Assembly: GCA_963804645.1 (NCBI GenBank)
Contig: CAWDRG010000009.1
Coordinates: 64,001 to 128,000 of the forward strand
Direction of reading: 5' to 3'
DNA length: 64,000 bases
Source: an uncultured Bacillota bacterium
GTDB taxonomy: Bacteria; Sysuimicrobiota; Sysuimicrobiia; Sysuimicrobiales; Segetimicrobiaceae
A program made the position numbers and the translations under genes. The notes under the pieces are model-generated. The model was not told the DNA's origin. It saw only the letters and a list, made by a program, of their open reading frames with translations, and did not search any database. This document shows, piece after piece, positions 20,529 to 31,243 of this stretch (within the stretch, counting starts at the first letter, position 1; each line of letters opens with the position of its first letter).

Positions 20529-22319
20529 ATGTACGACGTCCGCTTCGAGCGCAACATCATGATGCGGCTCCAGGACGGCACGCGGCTCGCCACGGACGTC
20601 TATCTTCCGACCAGCACGCCGGGCCCCTGGCCGGCAATCCTCGAGCGCACGCCGTACGACAAACTCGCCCCGAGCAGCGTCATGGCCGCGAATTTCTTCG
20701 CCAGCCACGGCTACGCGGTCGTCCGCCAGGACGTGCGCGGACGCTTCGCGTCGGAGGGCGAGTTCTATCCGTTCGGGAACGAGGGCCCGGACGGCGTGGA
20801 GACCGTGGCCTGGACGCGCGCGCAGCCCTGGTGCGACGGGCGCGTCGCGACCGTGGGGCTGTCGTACTCGTCCTGCACCCAGACCGGGCTGGCCGCGCTC
20901 AACCCGCCGGGCCTGGCCGCGCAGTTTGTCGCCCACGGCTTCCACAACTATCACGCCGCGTCGATGCGCCAGGGCGGTGCGCTCGAGGTGCGCTTTTTCC
21001 TGTACGCGTTCATGATGGCGACGACGTCCCGTGAAGTCGCCGCCGATCCCGTCAAGCGCGCCGCGATGCGCCAAGCGTGGGGCGACATCCGCGCGTGGCT
21101 GCGCCGCCAGCCGCTCAAGCCCGGCGTCAGCCCGCTGCGGCACGTGCCGTCGTACGAGCGGTGGCTCATGGACATCTGGCAGCATGGCGAGTACGACGAC
21201 TACTGGCGCAGCCGCCCGGCGTACACCATCGACGACCTGTACGATCAGCACGCCGACGTCCCGATCTACCTGTGCGGAAGCTGGTACGACTCGTACGCGC
21301 GCTCCACGGTCACGAACTACGTGGAGTTCGGCCGGCGCAAGCGCGGTCCGATCCGCCTCGTGATGGGGCCGTGGATCCACGGCGGCGCGAACCTCGACCT
21401 CGCGAACTCCGGCGACGCCGAGTTCGGCCCGGACGCCCCGCTCGGGTACAACTACTTCCGCCTTCGCTGGTTCGACGCGGTGCTCAAAGGCGCGCAGAAC
21501 GGCATGCTCGACAAGCCCCCGGTGCAGCTGTTCGTGATGGGCGGCGGCTCGGGGCGCAAGACGCTCGAGACCGGCCGCCTCGACGTCGGAGGACGGTGGC
21601 GGTTCGAGCAGGAGTGGCCGCTGCGGCGCACCGAGTACACGCCGTTCTACCTGCAGCCGAACGGCGGCCTGGCCCCGACGGCGCCGCCCGACGGGGCCGC
21701 GCCATCACGCTATGTGTTCGACCCGAAGGACCCGGTGCCGACGATCGGCGGCAACATCTCGGTCGGGTACGACCTGATGCCGGGAGGCGGGTTCGACCAG
21801 CGGGGCGGCCCCCACGTCTTCGGCGCGAAGGACTCGCTCCCGCTCGGCGCGCGCCAGGACGTCCTGGTCTTCTCGACGCCCGCGCTCGACCGCGACGTGG
21901 AAGTCACCGGCACCGTGGTCGTGCAGCTGTGGGCGGCGTCGACCGCGCCCGACACCGACTTCACCGCCAAGCTGATCGACGTCTACCCGCCGAACCCGGA
22001 TTATCCCGACGGGTACGAGCTCAACATCGGCGACTCGATCATCCGCGCGCGGTACCGAAATTCGTGGGAGACGCCGGAGCTGATGGAGCCCGGCCGCCCG
22101 TACGAATTTACGATCACGCTCTACCCGACGAGCCTCGTGTTCCAGCGCGGGCACCAGATCCGCGTCCACATCTCGTCGTCGAACTTCCCGCGATTCGACG
22201 TCAACCCGAACACCGGCGGCCCGCTCGGACGCGAACTCGTGACGCAGACCGCGGTACAGACGATCTTTCACGACGCGGCGCGTCCGTCGCGCGTCGTCCT
22301 GCCGATCATCCCGGCCTAA
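20529..22319 (+). CDS. CocE/NonD-family serine hydrolase (paralog 1)
   Basis: RTPY, QDVRGRFASEG, nucleophile GLSY, WYD, GPWIHG, SSSNFPRFDVNPNTG. Confidence 0.93.
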   Translation: MYDVRFERNIMMRLQDGTRLATDVYLPTSTPGPWPAILERTPYDKLAPSSVMAANFFASHGYAVVRQDVRGRFASEGEFYPFGNEGPDGVETVAWTRAQPWCDGRVATVGLSYSSCTQTGLAALNPPGLAAQFVAHGFHNYHAASMRQGGALEVRFFLYAFMMATTSREVAADPVKRAAMRQAWGDIRAWLRRQPLKPGVSPLRHVPSYERWLMDIWQHGEYDDYWRSRPAYTIDDLYDQHADVPIYLCGSWYDSYARSTVTNYVEFGRRKRGPIRLVMGPWIHGGANLDLANSGDAEFGPDAPLGYNYFRLRWFDAVLKGAQNGMLDKPPVQLFVMGGGSGRKTLETGRLDVGGRWRFEQEWPLRRTEYTPFYLQPNGGLAPTAPPDGAAPSRYVFDPKDPVPTIGGNISVGYDLMPGGGFDQRGGPHVFGAKDSLPLGARQDVLVFSTPALDRDVEVTGTVVVQLWAASTAPDTDFTAKLIDVYPPNPDYPDGYELNIGDSIIRARYRNSWETPELMEPGRPYEFTITLYPTSLVFQRGHQIRVHISSSNFPRFDVNPNTGGPLGRELVTQTAVQTIFHDAARPSRVVLPIIPA

Positions 22320-22359
22320 CCGGACTCGGCGACGCCGGGCGCGCACAATCACGCCGCGG

Positions 22360-23994
22360 TTAGTACCCCGCCGCGATCGCGGGATGATACGGATCTGCGC
22401 CTCCATGCAGGAGGCCGTCCGCGGCGTGTCGAGCAATCGCGACAGGACTAGAGAACAGCCGAGGCAGCATATCCTCGTCCACGCAGACAAGCGGGTGCCC
22501 GCGCTGCCGCAAGCCGTCGCGAACCGCGGCCGGGATACGCTGATCGACATTGACTTGTGGCCCGCTCGCGTCGATACGCGGCGCCGCGATCGCACTTTGC
22601 ACGTCCATCGCGAAGGACATGCAATTCAGAATAACCTGGCACACGCCGTCGAGAATCCGGCGGCCGCCGGACGCGCCGACAGCGAGGACCGGACCGCCTT
22701 CCGAAAACACGACGGCCGGCGTCATGCTCGATAGCGGGCGCCGCCCTGGACCGATCGAATTGGCGCGCCCCGGAACCGGGTCGAACCACATCATCCCGTT
22801 GTTGAGCACGACGCCCGTTCCCGGCACGAGCATGCGTGACCCAAACCACGACAGCAGCGTCTGTGTCAGGGACACCGCCGTCCCCGTTCCGTCGACCACG
22901 CACAGGTGAGTCGTGCTCGACGCGTCCGGCACGTGGATGTCCCAGGGCGTCGCGTGATCGTTCGAGATCCTGCGCCGGTGGCCGGCCGTCCGCGTGCGAC
23001 TCGTCGGAAGACCCCAGCCCACTTCTTCGCCGAAGCGCGCGAGGCGATCGCCGAGCGCGGCATGGGTCGCCTCGATCAGCCAATGCAGATAATCGGTCGT
23101 ATTGTGTCCCCGCGACTCGAGATCAAGACCGCCGAGGATGTCAAACATCTCCGCGAGCGTCACGCCCGAATGCGGCCCGGGTGCCACGGCGACCTGATAG
23201 CCGGGCGTGTGACACACCCACGCAGGCTCAATGACCGGCTGAAACTCCGCGAGATCATCCCCCGTCAACACACCTCCACCGCGCTGGATCGCGTCCACCA
23301 TGAGCCGCGCCACAGGACCGCAGTAAAATGCATCCGGCCCCTCGGAGGCAATCGCCTCAAGCGTGCGGGCCAACTCCGGTTGGCGGAGTCGTTGGGGGCT
23401 CGCGGGCGACGAAATCATCGGGGGGACGCCGTCGGGTAGAAAGATCTGTGCAGCCGCGTCGTACCGCTGGAGCAGAGGGGCATCGAGGGCGATCTGCATG
23501 ACGGTCGTCCAGTGGATCGGAAACCCATCACGGGCAAGCGCGATCGCTGGTCGAAGCACCTCGGCAAGCGGCATCGTGCCGAATCGCGCGAGCGCCGCAG
23601 CGAGACCGCGGGGCACGCCGGGAACGGCCACGGACAGCGGACCGTGAATATTCGCATCGTTGGACACGGATCGCCACCAGCCTGTCTCCTGGTCGATGCC
23701 GGGTCCGAGCGGAAACATGTCGGCGCGGGCCGCGGCGGGAGCCCGTACCCCATAGTCCACCGCCACCGGGGCCGAGTTCGGGGAGGACACGATGAGGACG
23801 CCGGCTCCCCCCAATCCGCTCGCCCACGGCTCAACGACGCCGACGGCAAATGCCGTCGCCACCGCGGCGTCGACCGCGTTGCCGCCCTGTTGAAGAATGC
23901 GGAGTCCGGCACGCGCCGCCAACGGATGTTTGGCCGCAACGATCCCGTGCGCCGCGGTCACCAAATTCTTGCTAAACTGCCAGCCGCTCTCCAT
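22360..23994 (-). CDS. ggt: Gamma-glutamyltransferase family (Ntn hydrolase)
   Basis: GGNAVDAAVA, SGLGG, autocleavage TTHLCVVD, LNNGM, RPLSSMTP, GASGG. Confidence 0.92.
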   Translation of the reverse strand: MESGWQFSKNLVTAAHGIVAAKHPLAARAGLRILQQGGNAVDAAVATAFAVGVVEPWASGLGGAGVLIVSSPNSAPVAVDYGVRAPAAARADMFPLGPGIDQETGWWRSVSNDANIHGPLSVAVPGVPRGLAAALARFGTMPLAEVLRPAIALARDGFPIHWTTVMQIALDAPLLQRYDAAAQIFLPDGVPPMISSPASPQRLRQPELARTLEAIASEGPDAFYCGPVARLMVDAIQRGGGVLTGDDLAEFQPVIEPAWVCHTPGYQVAVAPGPHSGVTLAEMFDILGGLDLESRGHNTTDYLHWLIEATHAALGDRLARFGEEVGWGLPTSRTRTAGHRRRISNDHATPWDIHVPDASSTTHLCVVDGTGTAVSLTQTLLSWFGSRMLVPGTGVVLNNGMMWFDPVPGRANSIGPGRRPLSSMTPAVVFSEGGPVLAVGASGGRRILDGVCQVILNCMSFAMDVQSAIAAPRIDASGPQVNVDQRIPAAVRDGLRQRGHPLVCVDEDMLPRLFSSPVAIARHAADGLLHGGADPYHPAIAAGY

Positions 23995-24164
23995 CAAGTG
24001 GGCTCCGCTCCCAACGCCTCGTCTCGCGTTCGCGCGCTACGCCCGACACATTCGCCGAGCATGCCGTCGCCGATGCGTACGGTGAGGCGAAAGACGCGGA
24101 TCACACAAGGCGGTTCGACATGCAGCCGTCGGAATGCGCGGCGTCCCGCGGATCGGGGCGCGGG

Positions 24165-24968
24165 TTACCCGCCGTCGAGCGCCTTCCGCATCGCCTCGCC
24201 GTTCTGCTGGCACCAGTTGAACCACACCGTCACGTCCATCCCGATGCAAAAATGCCGTACGCCGATGTCGAGATAGTACTTCGCCTCATCCGGCGAGTCG
24301 ATCTCGCAGCGAGGAGGCACGCCCAGTCTCAGCGCCGTCTCAAAGACGCGCCTCTCGACCGCTTTGATCTCCGAACTCCCTGTCTGCCCAGGCCGCCCGA
24401 CGTTGAGGCTGTAATCGGAGGGGCCCCATTGAATCATATCAACACCGGGCAGGGACAGAATCTCCTCGAGTTGCTCGACCGCCTCCTTTTTCTCGATCAT
24501 CAACACGACGACCACATCACGAATGGCTTGGACATACTCCCGCGGCCCCTGTTCGGACGCGCCCACAGAAAACTTGTAGGCTTGCCGCCGAAACGTCGCC
24601 CCGTAGGAGCCTCCGTCCTCCGGAGTGTCGGGTCGCGCGGCCCGGACGCACTCCCGGGCGTCGGCGGCGTTTCGGCAATCCGCAAACAACACGCTGCCGA
24701 AGCCCGCGCCGATCGCCCGCTGTGCAAGAAACGTACGCGGCTGTTGGTCCACCTTGATCATCGAAGCGAGATCAAACAACTCGGCGGTCCGGCACAAGTT
24801 CTCGAGCCCCGCCAAATCGAACGACGTGTCCTCTGCCACGAACTCGACGTAATCGAACCTGCCGGCGTGGCCGACGAATTCAACCATCGCGGGCCATGTG
24901 CTGAGGAGATGGGTCCCGAGCGTCGGCTTGCCTGCCGCCAGCAACTCGCGGAGTTTATTGCGCCGCAC
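24165..24968 (-). CDS. HpcH/HpaI aldolase family protein
   Basis: LMIEK.EAVEQLEEILSLPGVDMIQWGPSDYS. Confidence 0.88.
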   Translation of the reverse strand: MRRNKLRELLAAGKPTLGTHLLSTWPAMVEFVGHAGRFDYVEFVAEDTSFDLAGLENLCRTAELFDLASMIKVDQQPRTFLAQRAIGAGFGSVLFADCRNAADARECVRAARPDTPEDGGSYGATFRRQAYKFSVGASEQGPREYVQAIRDVVVVLMIEKKEAVEQLEEILSLPGVDMIQWGPSDYSLNVGRPGQTGSSEIKAVERRVFETALRLGVPPRCEIDSPDEAKYYLDIGVRHFCIGMDVTVWFNWCQQNGEAMRKALDGG

Positions 24969-25027
24969 GATCGCTCTCCACCGAGACGTCCGGCTGCGCG
25001 CCTCGCATGCGATCAGGTCCCCCTCCG

Positions 25028-26017
25028 CTATGAACCCGCATTCGAGTGCAGAAGCGCCGCCCTAGGGTGCACCGTCGGGTTGACCACGTGTCGCGGCCAC
25101 TCGCCGTGCAACAGCCGTTCCACGGCGTCACACGCCGCTTCACGAATTCGGCGGTGGGACTCGACGGTATAGCCGGCGATGTGCGGTGACAGAATAACGT
25201 TCGGCAGGGTCAGAAGCACGTGCCCTTGAGGAAGCGGTTCGACCGGGAACACGTCCAGGGCGGCGCCCGCGATCCAACGCTCGGTGAGCGCTTGAATGAG
25301 CGGCCGTTCGTCCACGATGGCTCCTCGGGCCGTGTTAATCAAGTAGGCGGTCGGCTTCATGAGGCGCAGTTCCGCCTCGCCCACCAACCCGGCCGTATCC
25401 GGCGTCAACGGAGCGTGTATGGTGACGTAATCAGAAATTCGCAGCAGGTTCTCGAGCGATTCGGGTGCCGCATCATCGATGGGCGAGGTCGGCACGTAGG
25501 GGTCGAAGTAGACGATGCGGCAGCCAAACGCGTTCACCCGTCGTGCCATCGCCTGTCCAATGTGCCCAAATCCGATGATTCCCACGGTTTGGCTGCTGAG
25601 GCTGTGGAACCCGCGAAACGGATCCCAGTTCCAGTCGGTGCGCCGCACGGCACGGTCAAGGTCCGCCAGCCGGCGCGAACACATCAGCAACATCGCGACC
25701 GCGTGATCGGCGACCTCCGCATACCCGAACAGCGGCGTGTTGGCCACGACGATGCCCAACTCCGTGGCAGCGGCGACGTCGATGCAATCCGCGCCGGTGC
25801 CGTAGAAGACGACCAGTCGACATGCGGTCAGTGCTTCCAGCGTCTCCCGCGACAGCGGCGCCCCCAGATTGAAGAGGACGTCGGCGCCGGCCGCGATCCG
25901 CCGCACGACCAGCTCGCCCGGGTCTGAAAGGACGACGTCGATCCCGAGCGCGCCCAGCCGCTGCGCCTCGTAGTCGAACGGACGGCATATGGGGTCGTCG
26001 GAAATTACGACCTTCAC
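25028..26017 (-). CDS. D-isomer-specific 2-hydroxyacid dehydrogenase (CtBP/SerA-like)
   Basis: GIIGFGHIG, HAPLT, INTARGAIVDE, ALDVF..EP, SPHIAG. Confidence 0.92.
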   Translation of the reverse strand: MKVVISDDPICRPFDYEAQRLGALGIDVVLSDPGELVVRRIAAGADVLFNLGAPLSRETLEALTACRLVVFYGTGADCIDVAAATELGIVVANTPLFGYAEVADHAVAMLLMCSRRLADLDRAVRRTDWNWDPFRGFHSLSSQTVGIIGFGHIGQAMARRVNAFGCRIVYFDPYVPTSPIDDAAPESLENLLRISDYVTIHAPLTPDTAGLVGEAELRLMKPTAYLINTARGAIVDERPLIQALTERWIAGAALDVFPVEPLPQGHVLLTLPNVILSPHIAGYTVESHRRIREAACDAVERLLHGEWPRHVVNPTVHPRAALLHSNAGS

Positions 26018-26340
26018 GCTTCTTCCCCTCGTCGTCTCAAGAGTTGTGAGTCACGCGGCCGACCCATGAGAGACCCACCCCGTCAGCGAGCGTCGTGGAG
26101 TGCCAACGCCGCCGCAGTCGCCACGGCGCGGCAGTCTGGACGATTCAGCACTCTCGGCAGCGCTGGGGATCCGCAACACACAGAGGACCCCGTGAGGCAG
26201 GACCGGTGGAACGCGATGGAGAACACGCGGAAGCGCAGTACACCGCACGTCCGAGCATTCTGCGGAACGGCTGCTTTCCCTGCACAACATCGGGAGTGAC
26301 GCGCGAATGCGACCTCTGCCGGGCTTCGAGTGGGGCTCAC

Positions 26341-27138
26341 ATGCTCATTGTGGATAGTCACTGTCACGTATCGCCGGTCTGGTACGAACCGGTCGAGAGC
26401 CTGCTCTTTCAGATGGACCGGAATGGGGTAGAGCGGGCCGTCTTGGTCCAGATGAACGGACAGGCGGACAACGAGTACCAGTTGGACGCCGTCCGCCGCT
26501 TCCCCGACCGGCTCGTCTCCGTCGCGTGGTTGGAGGCAGAACGCCCGGGAGCACCCGAGCAACTGACACGCCTCGCCGACCAGGGAGCCAGCGGCGTCCG
26601 TCTTGCTGCGACGGTGAGATCGCCGGGAGACGATCCCCTCGCCGTCTGGCGGGCGGCCGCGGAGCGCGGCCTCACCGTCACGTGCGGGGGAGCGAGCGAG
26701 GAGTTTCTGAGTCAGCACTTCTCGGAACTCGCGCAGGCCCTGCCCGAGCTTCGGATCGTGATTGAACATCTCGGGGGTGAAGGCGATCCGGAACCCGGCC
26801 CCAACGTCTCGGAGCAGCGCCGGCGCGTGTTCGATCTGGCACGCTTCCCGAACCTCTACATGAAGATTCACGGGCTCGGAGAGTTCTGCCGCCGCCGGCT
26901 CCCGGTTGCCGGGGCGTTTCCGTTTGAGCGCCCGATTCCACCGCTCCTCGACATGGCCTATCAGAAGTTCGGCGCCCGTCGGCTGATGTGGGGCAGCGAT
27001 TATCCGCCGGTCAGCGCCCGCGAAGGCTATCAGAATTCCCTGCGCCTGACGCTCGAGCAGTTCGCGTCGAGCCGCGAGGGGGATCGCGCGCTGATCTTCG
27101 GAGGAGTGGCCCATACCCTGTTTCCTCCGCGCCCATGA
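26341..27138 (+). CDS. Amidohydrolase_2 family protein (sugar-lactonase-like)
   Basis: DSHCH, IEHLG, MWGSDYP. Confidence 0.87.
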   Translation: MLIVDSHCHVSPVWYEPVESLLFQMDRNGVERAVLVQMNGQADNEYQLDAVRRFPDRLVSVAWLEAERPGAPEQLTRLADQGASGVRLAATVRSPGDDPLAVWRAAAERGLTVTCGGASEEFLSQHFSELAQALPELRIVIEHLGGEGDPEPGPNVSEQRRRVFDLARFPNLYMKIHGLGEFCRRRLPVAGAFPFERPIPPLLDMAYQKFGARRLMWGSDYPPVSAREGYQNSLRLTLEQFASSREGDRALIFGGVAHTLFPPRP

Positions 27139-27243
27139 GCGCTCACGCCCGCCGTCTGGGGCGCGGCCACATGGCACGTCGGGACCGCTCCGACACATGC
27201 GCTCGCCGGGAGACCGGCGGGCGGTCGTGGAGCCCCGCGCGGC

Positions 27244-29028
27244 ATGGCTAATGTGACCCATCAGCGCAACATCATGGTGCCGCTCACGGACCGCGTGCAC
27301 CTGGCGACGGATCTCTACCTTCCCGGCGGCTCACCAGGCCCGTGGCCGGCCATTGTGGAGCGGACACCCTACGACAAATTGGGCGCCGAGTTGGTGCTCA
27401 CCGCCAAATATCTCGCCGGCCACGGCTACGCGGTGATCCTGCAGGACGTGCGGGGACGATACGCGTCGGAAGGCGAGTGGTATCCGTTCGGCAACGAAGG
27501 TCCGGACGGGGTCGAGACGGTCGGCTGGGTACGCGCCCAGCCGTGGTGTGACGGACACGTAGCCACAATGGGGCTGTCCTATTCGTCCTGCACGCAGACG
27601 AGCCTCGCGGCGATGAACCCGCCAGGCCTGTCCGCCCAGTTTGTCAGCCAGGGCTTCCATAACTACCACACCGCATCGATGCGCCAGGGCGGCGCGCTCG
27701 AGGTCCGCTTCCTCTTCTACGCGTTCAGTATGGCGAGGACTTCGAAGGAGGCGTACGCCGATCCCGTCGCGCGAAGCTCCCTCGAGCGCGCCTGGACCGA
27801 CGTGCGCGCCTGGCTCAAGCACGCGCCGCCCAAAGCCGGGCTCACGCCCCTGCGCCACGTGCCTTCGTCCGAGCGGTGGCTCCTGGATATCTGGCAGCAC
27901 GGCGAATACGACGGGTACTGGCGAACCCGCCCCGCATATTCGATCGAGGACCTCTGGGATCAGCACGCGGACGTCCCGATCTATCTGTGCGGCAGCTGGT
28001 ACGATTCGTACGCGCGCTCCACCGTCACGAACTATGTCGAGCTGAGTAGGCGGAAGAAGAATCCGGTGCGCCTGATCATGGGCCCGTGGACGCACGGAGA
28101 CATCGATCGATCGTACGCCGGCGACGCGGACTTTGGTCCCGACGCGCCACTCGGCTACAACTACTTTCTGCTGCGCTGGTTCGACGCGGTGCTCAAAGGC
28201 GCGCCGAACGGGATGCTCGACGGGGCGCCGGTCCAGATCTTTGTGATGGGCGGAGGCTCCGGCCGCAAATTGCGAGGGTCGGGAAAGCTCGACGTCGGCG
28301 GCCATTGGCGAGACGAACGCGAGTGGCCGCTTGCCCGAACCCGGCACACGGCCTACTACCTGCAGCCCGGGGGCGGACTATCTCCCGTCGCGCCGCCGGC
28401 CGGCTCGACGCCGACGCGCTACGCGTTCGATCCGCGAGATCCGGTTCCCACCGTCGGCGGCAACATCTCCGCCGGGTTCGGCGTGTTCGTCGGCGGCGGA
28501 TTCGATCAGCGGGGCGGCCCGGACGCGGACAGTCCGAACGCCCGCCTCCCGCTCTCTACACGCAGGGACGTACTCGTCTTTTCGACGCCGCCCTTGGAGC
28601 ATGCGGTGGAGGTCACCGGCACGGTGGTGGCCACGTTGTGGGCCTCGTCATCGGCCCCCGACACCGACTTCACGGTCAAGCTCATCGATGTGTATCCGCC
28701 GAACGACGACTATCCCGACGGCTATGAGCTCAACATCGGCGACTCTATCATCCGTGCGCGCTACCGGAATTCCTTCGAGGCACCCGAACTGATGGAGCCT
28801 GGCCGCGTCTACCCGTTTACCATCACGCTGTACCCCACCAGCGTCGCGTTCCAGCCACGACACCAGATCCGCGTGCACATCTCATCGTCGAACTTCCCGC
28901 GCTTCGACATCAACCCCAATACCGGCGGCCCCCTTGGGCTCGAGCGGGTGTTCCACACGGCGGTGCAGACGATTTTCCACGACGCGGATCATCCGTCGCA
29001 CGTGCTCCTCCCCGTCATCCCGAGCTAG
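27244..29028 (+). CDS. CocE/NonD-family serine hydrolase (paralog 2)
   Basis: Same motifs as 20529..22319 (GLSY, WYD, GPWTHG); long identical peptide stretches. Confidence 0.93.
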   Translation: MANVTHQRNIMVPLTDRVHLATDLYLPGGSPGPWPAIVERTPYDKLGAELVLTAKYLAGHGYAVILQDVRGRYASEGEWYPFGNEGPDGVETVGWVRAQPWCDGHVATMGLSYSSCTQTSLAAMNPPGLSAQFVSQGFHNYHTASMRQGGALEVRFLFYAFSMARTSKEAYADPVARSSLERAWTDVRAWLKHAPPKAGLTPLRHVPSSERWLLDIWQHGEYDGYWRTRPAYSIEDLWDQHADVPIYLCGSWYDSYARSTVTNYVELSRRKKNPVRLIMGPWTHGDIDRSYAGDADFGPDAPLGYNYFLLRWFDAVLKGAPNGMLDGAPVQIFVMGGGSGRKLRGSGKLDVGGHWRDEREWPLARTRHTAYYLQPGGGLSPVAPPAGSTPTRYAFDPRDPVPTVGGNISAGFGVFVGGGFDQRGGPDADSPNARLPLSTRRDVLVFSTPPLEHAVEVTGTVVATLWASSSAPDTDFTVKLIDVYPPNDDYPDGYELNIGDSIIRARYRNSFEAPELMEPGRVYPFTITLYPTSVAFQPRHQIRVHISSSNFPRFDINPNTGGPLGLERVFHTAVQTIFHDADHPSHVLLPVIPS

Positions 29029-29043
29029 CGGACTGCGACGGGA

Positions 29044-30241
29044 TTATTCCGCCGCGCCCCCGGTCCCCCGAACATAGACCCGAGGGACGGAATCACGAAC
29101 GTCGAGCGCCACCATTCCGCCTGACCAGAGCCGGTGCGACTCCGCCACCGTGTCCGGGGAGATCTCCTCGCGGCCCTGTCGCCCAATGATCACGACCTCA
29201 TCGCCCGCGCGTGCCTCGGAGACGCGGGTCAAATCGATGCGCGTGTGCTCGGTGGTCGGCCCGCCTAGCACATTCACACGAACCCCGCGCACCAACACCT
29301 GCCCGCAGCACACGCGGTCCATCCCATCGCAGCGTCCGATCGGAATAATCCCGACGCGCATGGACCCCGTGATCGGAAACGGCGCGAGATCGAGAAACTC
29401 CGTCCGCGTCAGCATCTTGACTTGGATCAGTCGACTGGTCAAGGCGCGAAACGCCGGCCGCAGGCCCGCCTCCCGCAATCCGGAGCCCTGCTGGTCGAGG
29501 CCAAAAAACACGAGCCCCGGATCGATCGCGTTCAGATTCATCGCGGTCGCGGACGCGTTCAACACGCTGGTACTCGCCGTCATGGCGATGGGAATCTCAA
29601 TCCCCGCGTGGCGAAGCCGCTCCAGGGCCCCCGCGAATCGATCGAACTGCCACCGCATATACGGCGTGACGCCTCCGCGGTCGGGCACGTGCATGTGCGC
29701 GTAGATCCCGTGGACTCTGAGCCGCGGGAACGCGGCGAGAGACGTCACGAAACCAACCACATCCTCGGGGCCCACGCCCAGCCGCTCCAAGCCGAGATCA
29801 ACTTTCACAAACACGCGCTGTTCCCGGCCGCACCGCGAGGACAGAAGCGCTGGCGGCCTCGAGGTCAAGAATCGTCGGCATCAGTTCGTAGTCCACGACC
29901 GCCGCGGCCACATTCGCGTCGAGCGGGACCCCGGCGTACAGCAACACCGGCGCGGAGACGCCGTGGCGGCGCAGTTTGACGGCATCGGCCACGCTGACCA
30001 AGCTGATCGCATCGACCCCGGCGGCCAGGACGGCGCGCGCCACCTCCAGCACCCCGTAGCCGTACGCGTTGCCTTTCAGCGCGGCGAAAATACGAGGGGT
30101 CGCGCCAACCAACCGGCGCACGGTGGCGGCGTTGTGGGCAATCGCATCGAGGTCGATCTCAAACCGATTGGGCCGACCCAATCGGAGGTTCGCGTCATCT
30201 CCTGCGTCGTCAGTGATCGGCTCGCGAGAAGCCCTGGCCAT
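29044..30241 (-). pseudogene. Alanine-racemase-fold PLP enzyme, frameshifted near 29845-29855
   Basis: N-half (EIDLDAIAHN, KGNAYGYG PLP-Lys) in frame 29798..30745; C-half (VKVDLGLERLG, GIYAH, IGRCDG, GDEVVIIG) in frame 29044..29868. Real lesion versus assembly error is unresolved. Confidence 0.85.
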
Positions 30242-30276
30242 GTCGCATCTCCATGCGTCCGACGTGCCCGGTCCGA

Positions 30277-31115
30277 TCAGTGCATGATCTTGCCGCCGTC
30301 GACGTTGATCGCCTGGCCGGTCATATCGGCGGCATCGCTCGAGGCAAGAAACGCCGCCACCGCCGCGACGTCCTCCGGCGTCACCATGCGTCCGAGAGGA
30401 ATGCCGGCGCCTTCTCCGCGGAGCGCTTCCGCCCGCTGCTCCGCGTCGAAACTTCCGTCCGGCCGCCTTCCCAAGTAGTCGAGCCGCTCCGTATCCGCGA
30501 CGCCGGGACAGATGGCATTGACCGTGATCCCCGCCGGGGCGAGCTCCATGGCAAGTGATTGGGTGAACCCGATCAGCCCGAACTTCGATGCGCAGTACGC
30601 CGCCAATTCCGGCGAGCCTCGTTTCCCCGACGTCGAGGCGATATAGATGATCCGCCCGCGCACACCGCCCCGAAGCATCGTCGCGGCGACGGTTTTGGCG
30701 CAGAGGAAGCTTCCCTTCAGATTGGTGTCGAGGACGACGTCCCACGCCTCTTCGGACACGTCCACCACCGGGGCACGATCGCCGCCCGCCGGCGCGGCGG
30801 CGTTACTCACCAGGATGTCGATGCGCCCAAACGCGGCGAGCGCCTGCTCAACCGCGGCACTGATATCGCGGATCGACCTGACATCGACCAGCGCCGTGAG
30901 CGCACGACGGCCCGTCTCGCGGACCTCCCGCGCAACCGCCTCGAGTCCGCCCCATCCGGTCACGGGCTTCGTGGGCACCCGCGTCCCGGTGGGCAGCACA
31001 TCGGTTAAACGAGATCCGCACCTTCCGCCGCGAATCGACGAGCGATCCCGCGGCCGAAGCCGCGCTCTCCGGCGCACCCAGTGATCATTGCGACTTTACC
31101 CGCGAGCCTTGTCAT
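30277..31115 (-). pseudogene. Short-chain dehydrogenase/reductase, frameshifted at about 31007
   Basis: MTRLAGKVAMITGCAGERGFGRG...GADLV ends in TAA; adding one T (GTT TTA ACC) continues into LTDV...SNAA, YCASK, VNAICPG, TGQAINVDGG. Confidence 0.87.
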
Positions 31116-31243
31116 CGGCGTCTCCTCTTGGGCGTGCACCGGACCGCCGCGTGGCGCGATCGGGACACGAGACCGTTGCACGCCCGTTTCGATTGAAAGC
31201 CCCACCGCCACACGTCGACCCGTGCCGTCGTCAGCACGAAAGG

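Noticed and set aside
25318..25329. 12-bp match (TGGCTCCTCGGG) to the tRNA-Asn 3' end, suggesting an att site
   Set aside because: It lies inside the conserved NTARGAI motif of the dehydrogenase CDS and there is no integrase; a chance match.
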